DNA of 64,000 bases from Giardia intestinalis. Lineage: Eukaryota. The position numbers were made by a program, and so were the translations under genes. Each line of letters starts with the position of its first letter. The first letter of the stretch is position 1. The notes under the pieces were generated by a model that had not been told where the DNA came from, did no database searches, and saw only the letters and a list, made by a program, of their open reading frames with translations. The stretch is taken from NCBI GenBank assembly GCA_000002435.2, contig CM018793.1; one strand, given 5' to 3'. This document shows positions 1 to 9,062 of this stretch, piece after piece.

Positions 1-29
1 ACAAGGCCACGCAGCATTATCTTGAGTGC

Positions 30-2894
30 ATGAACCAGGAAATGGCTGTCGAATCCGCCTTTCGTGCCAATAACTTTAAGCTCGTCGAATCCTTGCTTAT
101 GGACATCCCGGCCGCAGAAACTAACGCTCATCTCTGCTTTAGACTTGCCGAGATGAAATATATCTCCGGAGACGCTGCAGGGGCAGCGACTTGGCTTTTA
201 AAGGCAGATCAACCCTTACTGGGGCTGTCTGCGTTCATCTGTGCCGGGAAGTTTGATGAGGCCATTCAGTTTATACGGTCAAATCTTCCGCGGCAGAGCT
301 ACAGAGAACTCCTTGTTCACGAGGCTAAAAGAATTATTTCACTCGGGTCTGCTCCGTCGAACAATCCGGTACAAGAAAAAACGAAGACACTAACTAGCTC
401 TGGGGTGTTCGCGAGCTCTTCCGGAGAATCCTCAGAAAAGCAGAATGTCCAATCTTTCCTTAATCGTATGGAGTCCTTGTCCCATATTCGTGGAGTTTAT
501 TCTGCGATCGAACTTCTAAAGCTTGCTGGCCTGTATGAGGACGTGGCGGATATTCTACAAGGGAACTCTATGTGGGACGAGCTATATAGCTTTGCTAAAG
601 AACACGCGGCTTCCTTCTCTAATTACCCTGACATATTGCGCATGGTTGCAGATGCTAAAAGAGTGAAAGGAGATAAGAAGAGCTGCGCCACGATACTCGA
701 GGAGCTTTGCATGGAGCTATATGGGTTATCTGGATCATCGAGTGGATCCTCTGGAGGCATGGGTGCAGCGACTGACGGCTACACGCGGCTACGGACACAG
801 GCTAGTCATTTGATACAAGCGCGCAGAGACGTCCTCTTGGAAGCTAGCTCTATGTACTGCGACCTATTTATGTATTTAGAGGCTATTCGGTTGTGCAAGC
901 GCTGTGGGGACATGGACGCATTAACTGACGTTTGCCTTTTGTGGGTTAGCTCTAATGCTAACAGATCTCTTCTTATTCAGCAGCTTAAGCAGCTCAATAT
1001 TATTGAGCCGACTCTTACCAAGGCAGCTGATAGGGGTATGTGGGACGTGTGCACAGAGCTTAGCGAATATTGTCCAGATCCAGAAGCTGTACGCTGTGAT
1101 CTCTTCTGGCGCAGAGGAAGGAAGCTGGAAATAGAAGGGCGCCTAAAGGAGGCTGAGGAGTTCTACGCAAAAGCAGGAAAGCACCAAGAAATAGTTGGAA
1201 TGTACCTTGATACAGGAAAGTTTGAAGATGCGCAGCAGGCAGCTATGGAGATGACTAGTAATTTTGAGCGTGAAAGAGCCATGCGCAGTATCCGTGAATC
1301 CAAAGCGAGAGTACTAGCTAGTGAAGGGAAGTGGCGAGAGGCTGAGGCGGAATTCATTGAGTTAGGTCTTGTAGAAGATATAATATCTATCTATCGAAGC
1401 AACCAAATGTGGCAAGATGCTCTTCGGGTGGCCAAGGAACACGGAGATAGCGTCCTAGTGGAGAACCTCAGTGAGTCTTATGTAAAGCATGATAAGCTTC
1501 GCTCGGGGCTCGGCACAAGTGCAAGTGCTTTTGAGCCTGGCGCAAAGGCAGATCTTGGTGATGGATCCGGCCTTGCTGGTAGGACTAAGCAGCATGGAAG
1601 CGATGTGCAGACTGCCAGGTCCATACTGGAGGCAGGCAGTAGCGCCGGCCTGCGTAAAATGCTGATGTCTGCGGCCCGCAGTGGTAGCGATGTTCTATTC
1701 GAGGTTGTGCTTCATCGTTGTGCCGAGCTAGCGTCAATGGTGCTTAACAATGACATTCAGGACTCAAGCATCGTGGAAGATATAGCAATTATCTCGCCGT
1801 CCATTCACAATTTCGAGGAGATAGGCTCGCCTCATGAACGTGTCATGTCCCTTGCGGTTGCATACTTGAGCAAGGGCGTGCCTCTTTCTGTCACAACTGG
1901 GACAGAAAGCAAGGGCACTATAAGCCTAATTATCTCTGACGTCTGCAATAGGGAGCAGCTACTGCTAGTATGCAGAGGGGTCCTCTCTTTGGCGTTTGTA
2001 GAGTCCGAATACGTTAATCGCATAACAAAACAAGAGACACACGGAGACGGGATCTTTTGTAGATTACGGAGCATTTTGTTAAGCTACAGAAACATGCTTT
2101 TGAACACTGTCAGAGGCACAAAAGCAGCAGAGACAGATAAGGTTAACTTTATTCCCGGTGACCAGGAGCTGTCTCGCTGTTTCGAGGCAACGCACCTGAT
2201 AATTCAGCTGGCCAAGTTGTTCATTGGAGCAAAGACCATCTCTTCTATGCGAGACATCGTCTTAGTTTCATCCAGTCTCGTGCGCTATTGTGACTTGCTG
2301 CCCGTCGACAGGTGCTTTGTCGTCGCAGGCGAAAGCTGCAAGCAATTTGTGGAGATCTCCAACGGAAACTCTAATGCTAAGGTGATGGAAGCCCGAACAC
2401 AGTACCTCAACCAATGCTGCGTTTTCCTCAATAAGTTCATTGATCTTCACGAAGAAATATCTAACCACTCGAGAAATTTAGAGCGTATAGACATATCAGA
2501 CTTAACAGGCAGTGGAATCCCGTGGACTGCTCAAGTACCCGTCAACTTGTATTTGTCCAAATCTAGGGCGGATGAAGTGCGGGCCTTTATTCTAGAACTG
2601 ACCATGGACGAAAGTACTACCACAACGCAAGAGTTACCACGAGAGCCTTGTCCTTTCGGTTGTGGAAAACCAATTTGGATAGGGGCATGCTCATGCATCA
2701 ACTGTCGCCAGGTCAGTCCAATTTGCGCGGTTACGGGCTGTCACGTCATCAATCCCAACACACACATGCTTCCAAGCTCGCGTGCTTGCCAAATCTGTGG
2801 GTGTTATGCACGCCCTGCACCATGGAACTCATTAATAACTAAGAGCAAGAATTGCCCTGTTTGTGAAGAGGTAGGCTTTCCTATCGGTAAATGA
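30..2894 (+). CDS. C-terminal part of a large alpha-solenoid (TPR-like) protein ending in a Cys-rich zinc-ribbon/RING-like module (IFT-A / HOPS-type proto-coatomer architecture); probably 5'-truncated by the window edge
   Basis: 954-aa ORF. The frame is open from position 3 to the ATG at 30, so the true start may lie upstream of the window. TPR-like helical repeats are present (e.g. GKHQEIVGMYLDTGKFEDAQQ, NQMWQDALRVAKEHGD). The C-terminal cysteine cluster is CPFGCG...CSCINC...CAVTGCH...CQICGC...CPVCEE. Confidence 0.55.
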   Translation: MNQEMAVESAFRANNFKLVESLLMDIPAAETNAHLCFRLAEMKYISGDAAGAATWLLKADQPLLGLSAFICAGKFDEAIQFIRSNLPRQSYRELLVHEAKRIISLGSAPSNNPVQEKTKTLTSSGVFASSSGESSEKQNVQSFLNRMESLSHIRGVYSAIELLKLAGLYEDVADILQGNSMWDELYSFAKEHAASFSNYPDILRMVADAKRVKGDKKSCATILEELCMELYGLSGSSSGSSGGMGAATDGYTRLRTQASHLIQARRDVLLEASSMYCDLFMYLEAIRLCKRCGDMDALTDVCLLWVSSNANRSLLIQQLKQLNIIEPTLTKAADRGMWDVCTELSEYCPDPEAVRCDLFWRRGRKLEIEGRLKEAEEFYAKAGKHQEIVGMYLDTGKFEDAQQAAMEMTSNFERERAMRSIRESKARVLASEGKWREAEAEFIELGLVEDIISIYRSNQMWQDALRVAKEHGDSVLVENLSESYVKHDKLRSGLGTSASAFEPGAKADLGDGSGLAGRTKQHGSDVQTARSILEAGSSAGLRKMLMSAARSGSDVLFEVVLHRCAELASMVLNNDIQDSSIVEDIAIISPSIHNFEEIGSPHERVMSLAVAYLSKGVPLSVTTGTESKGTISLIISDVCNREQLLLVCRGVLSLAFVESEYVNRITKQETHGDGIFCRLRSILLSYRNMLLNTVRGTKAAETDKVNFIPGDQELSRCFEATHLIIQLAKLFIGAKTISSMRDIVLVSSSLVRYCDLLPVDRCFVVAGESCKQFVEISNGNSNAKVMEARTQYLNQCCVFLNKFIDLHEEISNHSRNLERIDISDLTGSGIPWTAQVPVNLYLSKSRADEVRAFILELTMDESTTTTQELPREPCPFGCGKPIWIGACSCINCRQVSPICAVTGCHVINPNTHMLPSSRACQICGCYARPAPWNSLITKSKNCPVCEEVGFPIGK

Positions 2895-2949
2895 TCCGAC
2901 GAGGCCAGCCCAAAGACAAGTAAATTAAGGCAAATAAATTAAAAAGCGG

Positions 2950-5544
2950 ATGGCAAGTCTGGAGCCACAGACAAAGCGCACATCCCACGCTGCTCCGCTT
3001 CGCGCAACAGACTTTCAAGACCGCGAGGCCTCTGATAGCTACGACGATGACGCAAAGTATTCAACTGATGAGGAAGAGCTGTCAGAAGAGGAGGCAGAGT
3101 CAGATAGTGGCATTATCACCAGCGACGATGATTCTAACTCCGACAATCTGGCACAGGTGAATGAACATAGAGCGATGGATAATAGAGCAGTGATCAATGA
3201 TAGTATGGACCAGGCGGCGTTTGGTAGAAGATATCATCTCGAAGCCGACTATCAGGATGCAGAAGAGCAGAGACACGTGCGAATAGAGGAGACTGATCCA
3301 CACATCTACAGAGTTCCCGTGAAGCGTGGGAAGCAGTTCATCTGCCTGCTCAAGATGCATCACCGCTTGATCGAACTAAAGGTGCGTGCAAACAATCCAG
3401 ATAAGTACGTAGGCCTGGGCAGGGTATCAAGCTTTGATGTGCGATCCATTTTCACCAATCCAAACGACCTCAGTTGTATCTATGTCGAGGTATCTGACTT
3501 GCGGACATGCGAGGCCTTCCTTGCTCAATTCATGGAGTATCTGGGACCATATACAGCTACAACATTCACTAAAGCACGCACTACCCGCAGAAAGAACAAG
3601 CAGCCCCCTCCACCTCTGTACTTTGTTCCCCTAATGAACCGCTACAACATCCTTGATTATCAAATAAAGACGGAGAAGATTAATGTTGGAGGCTTTTATG
3701 AGTTGAGGCATGGTAAACGTGCATACAGAAAAGATAGCTGTTGCGTGCTAGAGATCAAGAACCAGACGGCACTTGTCGCTGTCCTCCCGCGCATTCTTTC
3801 TTTGCACAGTAGAGAGCGTCCATCCAATGAAAACCCTCCCAGGCGCCTAACAAGGGAAGAATTTGAAGACTGTATGGGCGAGTCAGCTACATATAGTAGT
3901 GTCACTAGTATCACCAGGGAAAACGAAATCGTCCTTCTTCAAGATGGATACGAACTTCTAGAAGGTATACCATTAAAGGGTCTGGTGCCGCTATCTCAAG
4001 AGCGATATCTCAAGGCCAAGAAGGAGATTTCGCTTTCACAGATATCAGACGTTGATAAACAGTTTGTTAACATTGCCAATCAGAAGCGTATAGATAACGA
4101 AAAGAAGAGCTCCTTGTACACAGGTGAACAAGTAATTATACACAATTATTCTCTGCGGGGAATGGACCTTACAAACGTGAAGGGTATAGTGAGAGCAAAG
4201 TCGACAGGCCACGGGGCTGACGCCCACTATGAGGTAGAAATCATTGGGTTACCGGCCCGAAGCATCAATGATGACACTGATTCAGGACAGCACAACGCAC
4301 AGGGAGCAGCTCCCGCGACACGAGTGCTGCATACCATACAGAGAAGCCATCTCATACGCTTAGTGTCTATCGGCGATCACGTCCAGATTAAAAGGGGCAA
4401 ATATGAGAACACAACCGGGGAAATCAGAGAGGTTGGAAGGTCTGCAGACCAGCGATACCTTTTACTCCGCATTAAGGTGGACACATCCAACGAGTACATA
4501 GGCACATTAGGGTACGACGCCGATGGTGACCAAGACGTCGTTAGTGCCTTCTACGATATGACAGAAGAGATAACATCAGATGAGGTGCGGGTGCACCCAG
4601 GAACTTGGAACGGGCTATCAGAGAACAAGCTTGTAAGCGGCGATATAATTAAGAACAAACGGCTGGTTCAGACGCGAAACAACGAGGACGCTGTTGTGGT
4701 CTTCATTGGACATACCAATGTCGTAATTGTCACTGCCTCCGGTGAAGAAAGAACATGTGAGTTGGAAGAGCTGAGTGCAGTTCAACGTCCGTTCAACCTT
4801 CCGATGCCAAAGGACCACGATGGGCGGATGATGAACGTAGAGAGCGTTGTGCGTGTTCGGGATACAGTAGAGGAGCACAAGGGTGTGATAGGAGAGGTAA
4901 TCCAGATAAGCGTCAACAATCCGTCGATATTGTTCATTGAGCCCTCAAAGAATATCATGGAAAGGAACATCTTCCCGGTCGACTCGCGCTCATGCGATAG
5001 CCTAGTCAGTGGAAGACACGTAGACAACTACAACCGCAAGTTATCAAGGAATAGAAACACAATGAATATTGGTCAGCAAGTTGTGTGCATAGACCGTCAG
5101 TACTCCGGAAAGCAAGGGATGCTGATATCTGTCAACGATAGGGGGGAAGGCCAAGTACAGTTAAGCGATAGAAAGATCACGGTTCCGCTCCATCTACTCA
5201 AAGTTGCTCTCCCTCTTTATAGCAAGCAGTCGACCCAGGTAGAGTATGTACCAACAACGTCCTCGGTCACTAATGTGTTCAGAGAGCTTCACTTCTCAAC
5301 AAACACTGCAGCGCCTTCAACTAGAAGCACAGGGTTCTGGTTCGGTGACAGGTCAGAAACCACAAGAAACATGCTGGCAACCCATAACCAGCTGGAGACG
5401 ACTGAACTCAACCTAGGTGAGTCGGGCATCGCTTCTGCAGCTGATAACACACAAATCGCGGCCTCCAGTACCAACATTAATAACTATGGTGCAAACGACG
5501 AAGACAGTGACGTGGGATTTGAGCAGTATCTTGCTGACTTTTAA
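2950..5544 (+). CDS. Transcription elongation factor Spt5-like protein (acidic N-terminus, NGN-like domain, multiple KOW-like motifs)
   Basis: ATG sits in an AT-rich context (caaataaattaaaaagcggATG). Acidic DE/S-rich N-terminus. An NGN-like block IYRVPVKRGKQ...SCIYVEVSD. Repeated KOW-like G-D/Q-x-V-x-I-x-x-G-K-Y/x-x-G motifs (GDHVQIKRGKYENTTGEI, GQQVVCIDRQYSGKQGML). Confidence 0.55.
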   Translation: MASLEPQTKRTSHAAPLRATDFQDREASDSYDDDAKYSTDEEELSEEEAESDSGIITSDDDSNSDNLAQVNEHRAMDNRAVINDSMDQAAFGRRYHLEADYQDAEEQRHVRIEETDPHIYRVPVKRGKQFICLLKMHHRLIELKVRANNPDKYVGLGRVSSFDVRSIFTNPNDLSCIYVEVSDLRTCEAFLAQFMEYLGPYTATTFTKARTTRRKNKQPPPPLYFVPLMNRYNILDYQIKTEKINVGGFYELRHGKRAYRKDSCCVLEIKNQTALVAVLPRILSLHSRERPSNENPPRRLTREEFEDCMGESATYSSVTSITRENEIVLLQDGYELLEGIPLKGLVPLSQERYLKAKKEISLSQISDVDKQFVNIANQKRIDNEKKSSLYTGEQVIIHNYSLRGMDLTNVKGIVRAKSTGHGADAHYEVEIIGLPARSINDDTDSGQHNAQGAAPATRVLHTIQRSHLIRLVSIGDHVQIKRGKYENTTGEIREVGRSADQRYLLLRIKVDTSNEYIGTLGYDADGDQDVVSAFYDMTEEITSDEVRVHPGTWNGLSENKLVSGDIIKNKRLVQTRNNEDAVVVFIGHTNVVIVTASGEERTCELEELSAVQRPFNLPMPKDHDGRMMNVESVVRVRDTVEEHKGVIGEVIQISVNNPSILFIEPSKNIMERNIFPVDSRSCDSLVSGRHVDNYNRKLSRNRNTMNIGQQVVCIDRQYSGKQGMLISVNDRGEGQVQLSDRKITVPLHLLKVALPLYSKQSTQVEYVPTTSSVTNVFRELHFSTNTAAPSTRSTGFWFGDRSETTRNMLATHNQLETTELNLGESGIASAADNTQIAASSTNINNYGANDEDSDVGFEQYLADF

Positions 5545-5590
5545 GAGACGCGTCTCGCGATTGCACTAACGTAATTGGTAACGACCCTGA

Positions 5591-6274
5591 TCACTTCTTC
5601 ACTATTGCGAGGATGAAGTACATCACCGTTATCACAAAGATAACAGTATACGTTATTATCACCTGGGTAAGTATTAGATACTTCAATATCCGGGCACGTG
5701 TGTTGACAACGATATTTGTATTGAAGCTCTGAAGGATGTACAGCATGACGACGCATATGTGGATAGCAAAGATGGACACGACGGCCCCTATCTTTACAGA
5801 GATAGAATCGTCTTGTCGGATGTAAAGGCCAGAAAGAAAGAATGTGAGTATTAGAAGCAAAATTATGGAGCTGATGTGCATGGGCTCAACTATCCAGAAA
5901 TAGCTTCCGTAGGTCTGCTTTGAGAAGAACACATTTGTACTCAACACAAGTGCCCATATATTGATTCCTATCAGTAGGAATATAAGCACCAAATATGCTA
6001 TGTAGGCTGATTTGAACATGGTGAGGCGATATATATCGAAGCTCTGAGCGGCAGAGAAGACCGTATTGCATTCCCTTATGTGCTGGATAGAATTCCTGCA
6101 CCCTAGAATAAACTGACTGTTCATCAATCGCTCCTTGTATTGAGTGGTCAGAAGGCGCCGCTTTGTCTTCTCGTTGGTTTTAGTATCATTGCTAAGCATC
6201 TCATTGAGTACTAGCGGGTCTGATTCATCACTAGACGACTGCTTAGTCTTGGGTCTTAGCCTGCCTTTGCGCAT
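5591..6274 (-). CDS. Hypothetical multi-pass membrane protein
   Basis: 227-aa ORF with an ATG start. Basic N-terminus followed by 4-5 strongly hydrophobic segments. Confidence 0.45.
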   Translation of the reverse strand: MRKGRLRPKTKQSSSDESDPLVLNEMLSNDTKTNEKTKRRLLTTQYKERLMNSQFILGCRNSIQHIRECNTVFSAAQSFDIYRLTMFKSAYIAYLVLIFLLIGINIWALVLSTNVFFSKQTYGSYFWIVEPMHISSIILLLILTFFLSGLYIRQDDSISVKIGAVVSIFAIHICVVMLYILQSFNTNIVVNTRARILKYLILTQVIITYTVIFVITVMYFILAIVKK

Positions 6275-6324
6275 AGTTTTGGGCGGTGGCTTAGAATTTT
6301 TGCTTGAAAACCAAATTTAGCCCA

Positions 6325-7461
6325 ATGTCCTGCCGACGCTATGGGTTCTTCGGACCGCAGCCAATGCTGGGTGATGCTCCACAGGGGACGCTGTCCCTAG
6401 AGCCAGAGGAACAAAACTATAACACTCGGGCATTTAAGGGACCCCGCAGCTTCACGACATCTGCTATGCGCCGGGGCACGGGAACAGACATAGGCCTATC
6501 CGGATACCAGCCTTTTTCAAAGAACGAGCCATATGAGGCAAAGAACACCGTCGCAAATCATGACTTTCGGCCCGGGAAGAACCCTAACCGCCAACCATTT
6601 CTCCCCAACTCCAATCCCCAAGTCTCTACAGGAGCTGCTTCTCTCTACACGACTATCACCTGGCCTGATCCACACCAGGACAGGCCGGACAATAACTTGT
6701 ATTCCCATAAGTGTGATGAGACCTGTACGCCTGATTACTATCACGCCAAGATGGTCAATAAGCCCGATGACAGGATCAAGGGGCACCATCCCAATATTAA
6801 GACGAAGCCAGAGGGGGACATAAATAAGGGTCCTCATCTGCGGTACTGCCTGAAGGGGTATCCAGGGGGCATACTTGTCCCAGACGGGGACAAAGACGGA
6901 AGTGAGACCGGACGGGCTTTAAGTGCTGAGTCACGAGGCTTTAACCATAAAAAGTATGGGCATCCAATGCCTTTCAAGACAAGCGGAAGGCCATTCTATG
7001 ATAATCCTTACAGATGGGAGCCGGAGCCGTACAATGACAACGTAAACCACCCAAACTATCGGTCACACAACTTCAAGGGAGGATCCTTCAAAGCAGGAAA
7101 GACTAAGAATGATGTTTTTGACCCGAGCATCTACTCACGGAAAATCAAGAGCGAACGAGTAGGCACTCCAGAAGATTACAAGGGACCTCGACAGTTCCCT
7201 AACACAATGGATCTACCCACTGGCTCAAATGTGCACATATCGGGCAGAGAGTCACGTAAAGGAATCGGCGACAAGTTTATTCCGGGAGGATGCGTTCACC
7301 ACTCGCATCCCACGTACGTTTCTGCAGGCCCTTACGAGATCCAGGAGTATGAAGCAGCAAACACTATACACAACGTTAAGGACGGCATCTTCCTCACCAC
7401 AAACCCACGAGAGAGGCCAAAGGCATGCGCTCGGCCTCGTTTCCAAGGCTCTAAGTACTAG
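6325..7461 (+). CDS. Hypothetical P/G/N/K/H/Y-rich low-complexity protein
   Basis: The ORF track starts at a TTG at 6304; the first ATG is at 6325 in an AT-rich context. The ORF fills the only gap between two flanking minus-strand genes. Antisense ORFs also exist here, so coding status rests mainly on length (378 aa). Confidence 0.4.
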   Translation: MSCRRYGFFGPQPMLGDAPQGTLSLEPEEQNYNTRAFKGPRSFTTSAMRRGTGTDIGLSGYQPFSKNEPYEAKNTVANHDFRPGKNPNRQPFLPNSNPQVSTGAASLYTTITWPDPHQDRPDNNLYSHKCDETCTPDYYHAKMVNKPDDRIKGHHPNIKTKPEGDINKGPHLRYCLKGYPGGILVPDGDKDGSETGRALSAESRGFNHKKYGHPMPFKTSGRPFYDNPYRWEPEPYNDNVNHPNYRSHNFKGGSFKAGKTKNDVFDPSIYSRKIKSERVGTPEDYKGPRQFPNTMDLPTGSNVHISGRESRKGIGDKFIPGGCVHHSHPTYVSAGPYEIQEYEAANTIHNVKDGIFLTTNPRERPKACARPRFQGSKY

Positions 7462-7572
7462 CAGACTCACTAACCCAATGTGTGCTATGCGCTGCACTCA
7501 CATCTTGTTGCAGACATCATCCTGGCATCGTTATCACGTCAATGGCGTGGTGGGTGCAGTTGATTCTTCAAT

Positions 7573-8778
7573 TCACTTCACCATCTTCTTTTCGGAGATC
7601 TTTACCCCTACATCCTTCCAGCTCATAACTTTGGTCGCCGCCAACGTGAAGTCGTCCTCTGTGACATAGTTCCGTCGCTCCCTAAGGGCAAACATCCCTG
7701 CCTCCATGCAGACAGCCCTGCAGTCACTACCAGAAGCCCCCTCCATGCTCTGGCTGATTTTCTTGAAGTCTATCTGTCTAACAAGGTTCATCTTTCTGCT
7801 GTGAATTCTGAGAATCTCTATTCTTCCAGCGACATCTGGAAGCGGGAACTCCACCTTCCTATCAATCCTGCCGGGTCTCAGCAACGCGTCATCCAATGTG
7901 TCTATGCGGTTTGTGGCCATAATTAGCTTAACCGAATTGTTCTCTTCGAAGCCGTCGACCTGGCTGAGCAGTTCCGTCATTGTGCGGTTTACCTCTGATT
8001 CCCCTCCATGCGAATCCTCAGAGCGCTTCGTCCCAATACTGTCGCATTCATCGATGAACACAATTGCAGGCGCGTTCTTAAGTGCCATTTGGAACACTTG
8101 TCTGACCATCCTACTGCCTTCTCCGATGTACTTCGATAACAACTCACTGCCGGAGACCCTAATGAAGGTACACCCGCAGTGATGAGCAACTGCACGTGCA
8201 ACGGCAGACTTACCGCAGCCAGGAGCTCCATAGAGAAGCACTCCCTTCGGCATGGGGATCCCCAGGCGTTTGAAAACCTCGGGATGCTTTATGGGTAGCT
8301 CAAGTATCTCTCGCAACTCTAACACCTGCTTGCTCAGTCCTCCAATGTCGTCATATGATTGATCTGGCACCTTGTCAAGCTTCATCAGCGAGATAGCTGG
8401 ATCAACGTGCTTGGGGAGAATCATCACTATCTCGCTGTCTGACGACCGAAGAGCCACACGGAGCCCAGGCTTCAAGTCGCTCATCGAAACCTTCGAAGAA
8501 ACGTTAACTATCTGCTTGTCGTCCACAGAGGACTTGATATAGCACTTATTGTCTGGAAGGGGTCTGATGACCTCTCCAATGTCGCAGGCAGGCTCTTGAA
8601 GTGTTGCAAGCTCCTCCTTAAGGTGCTTCACCTGGTTGTTAAGCTCGCTGCGTCGGAATAATATGGTTTCAAGCTCTTGACGTTTCTTGAAAACAAGAGC
8701 CCGTGTATTTTCTAGACGCGCCTTGTAGTAGTTTTCAAGAGTAAATTGGATCGGCTCGCCCACTTTGTCCTGCTGCAT
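7573..8778 (-). CDS. RPT6: 26S proteasome regulatory AAA-ATPase subunit, closest to Rpt6 (S8/PSMC5)
   Basis: Walker A GAPGCGKSAVARAVAHHCGCTFIRVSGSEL and Walker B IVFIDECDSIG. Near-identity to the Rpt6 C-terminal pattern LLRPGRIDRKVEFPLPD...ILRIHSRKMNL. The ORF track start (8805) is a GTG; the first ATG is at 8778. Confidence 0.8.
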   Translation of the reverse strand: MQQDKVGEPIQFTLENYYKARLENTRALVFKKRQELETILFRRSELNNQVKHLKEELATLQEPACDIGEVIRPLPDNKCYIKSSVDDKQIVNVSSKVSMSDLKPGLRVALRSSDSEIVMILPKHVDPAISLMKLDKVPDQSYDDIGGLSKQVLELREILELPIKHPEVFKRLGIPMPKGVLLYGAPGCGKSAVARAVAHHCGCTFIRVSGSELLSKYIGEGSRMVRQVFQMALKNAPAIVFIDECDSIGTKRSEDSHGGESEVNRTMTELLSQVDGFEENNSVKLIMATNRIDTLDDALLRPGRIDRKVEFPLPDVAGRIEILRIHSRKMNLVRQIDFKKISQSMEGASGSDCRAVCMEAGMFALRERRNYVTEDDFTLAATKVMSWKDVGVKISEKKMVK

Positions 8779-8861
8779 GCCCTGCTTATTACTGCTAACA
8801 GTCACTCAAAGATTTTAAAAAATTGTTAAGATATGTGACATCAAAATTGCAATTGCATCGG
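8779..8861. promoter_or_regulatory. Short shared upstream region between Rpt6 (minus strand) and the candidate DSS1-like micro-ORF (plus strand)
   Basis: 83 bp between two divergent ATGs. AT-rich stretches gattttaaaaaattgttaag and aaaattgcaattg. Confidence 0.3.
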
Positions 8862-9005
8862 ATGATGAACCACCCTGTTCAGCCTCCCACGTTCATCTAC
8901 CGTGACCTGATACCTATTCCAGACATAGTGTGGGACGAAGACGATGTCGACCTCAACGATTCATATGCTCTAGAGCGCCTCATGCTGAAGCGGATGGTCG
9001 ACTGA
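8862..9005 (+). CDS. Candidate 47-aa acidic micro-protein, possibly DSS1/Sem1-like (proteasome lid Rpn15)
   Basis: MMNHPVQPPTFIYRDLIPIPDIVWDEDDVDLNDSYALERLMLKRMVD. It has a W-acidic stretch followed by a short helix, as in DSS1 (VWEDNWDDD...LRAEL). It is divergent from the Rpt6 gene across ~85 bp. The track ORF starts at a TTG at 8823. Confidence 0.25.
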   Translation: MMNHPVQPPTFIYRDLIPIPDIVWDEDDVDLNDSYALERLMLKRMVD

Positions 9006-9062
9006 CTCAGCAGACTACCGACGTGGCATGCAAAATGTTTACATTATACACTCGGCAGTAAA

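Noticed and set aside
6517-6837. Overlapping plus and minus ORFs (6517..6837 minus, 6533..6823 plus) inside the 6325..7461 ORF
   Set aside because: They are shorter alternative-frame ORFs with no features. They do weaken confidence that 6325..7461 itself is coding, and that confidence is set low accordingly.
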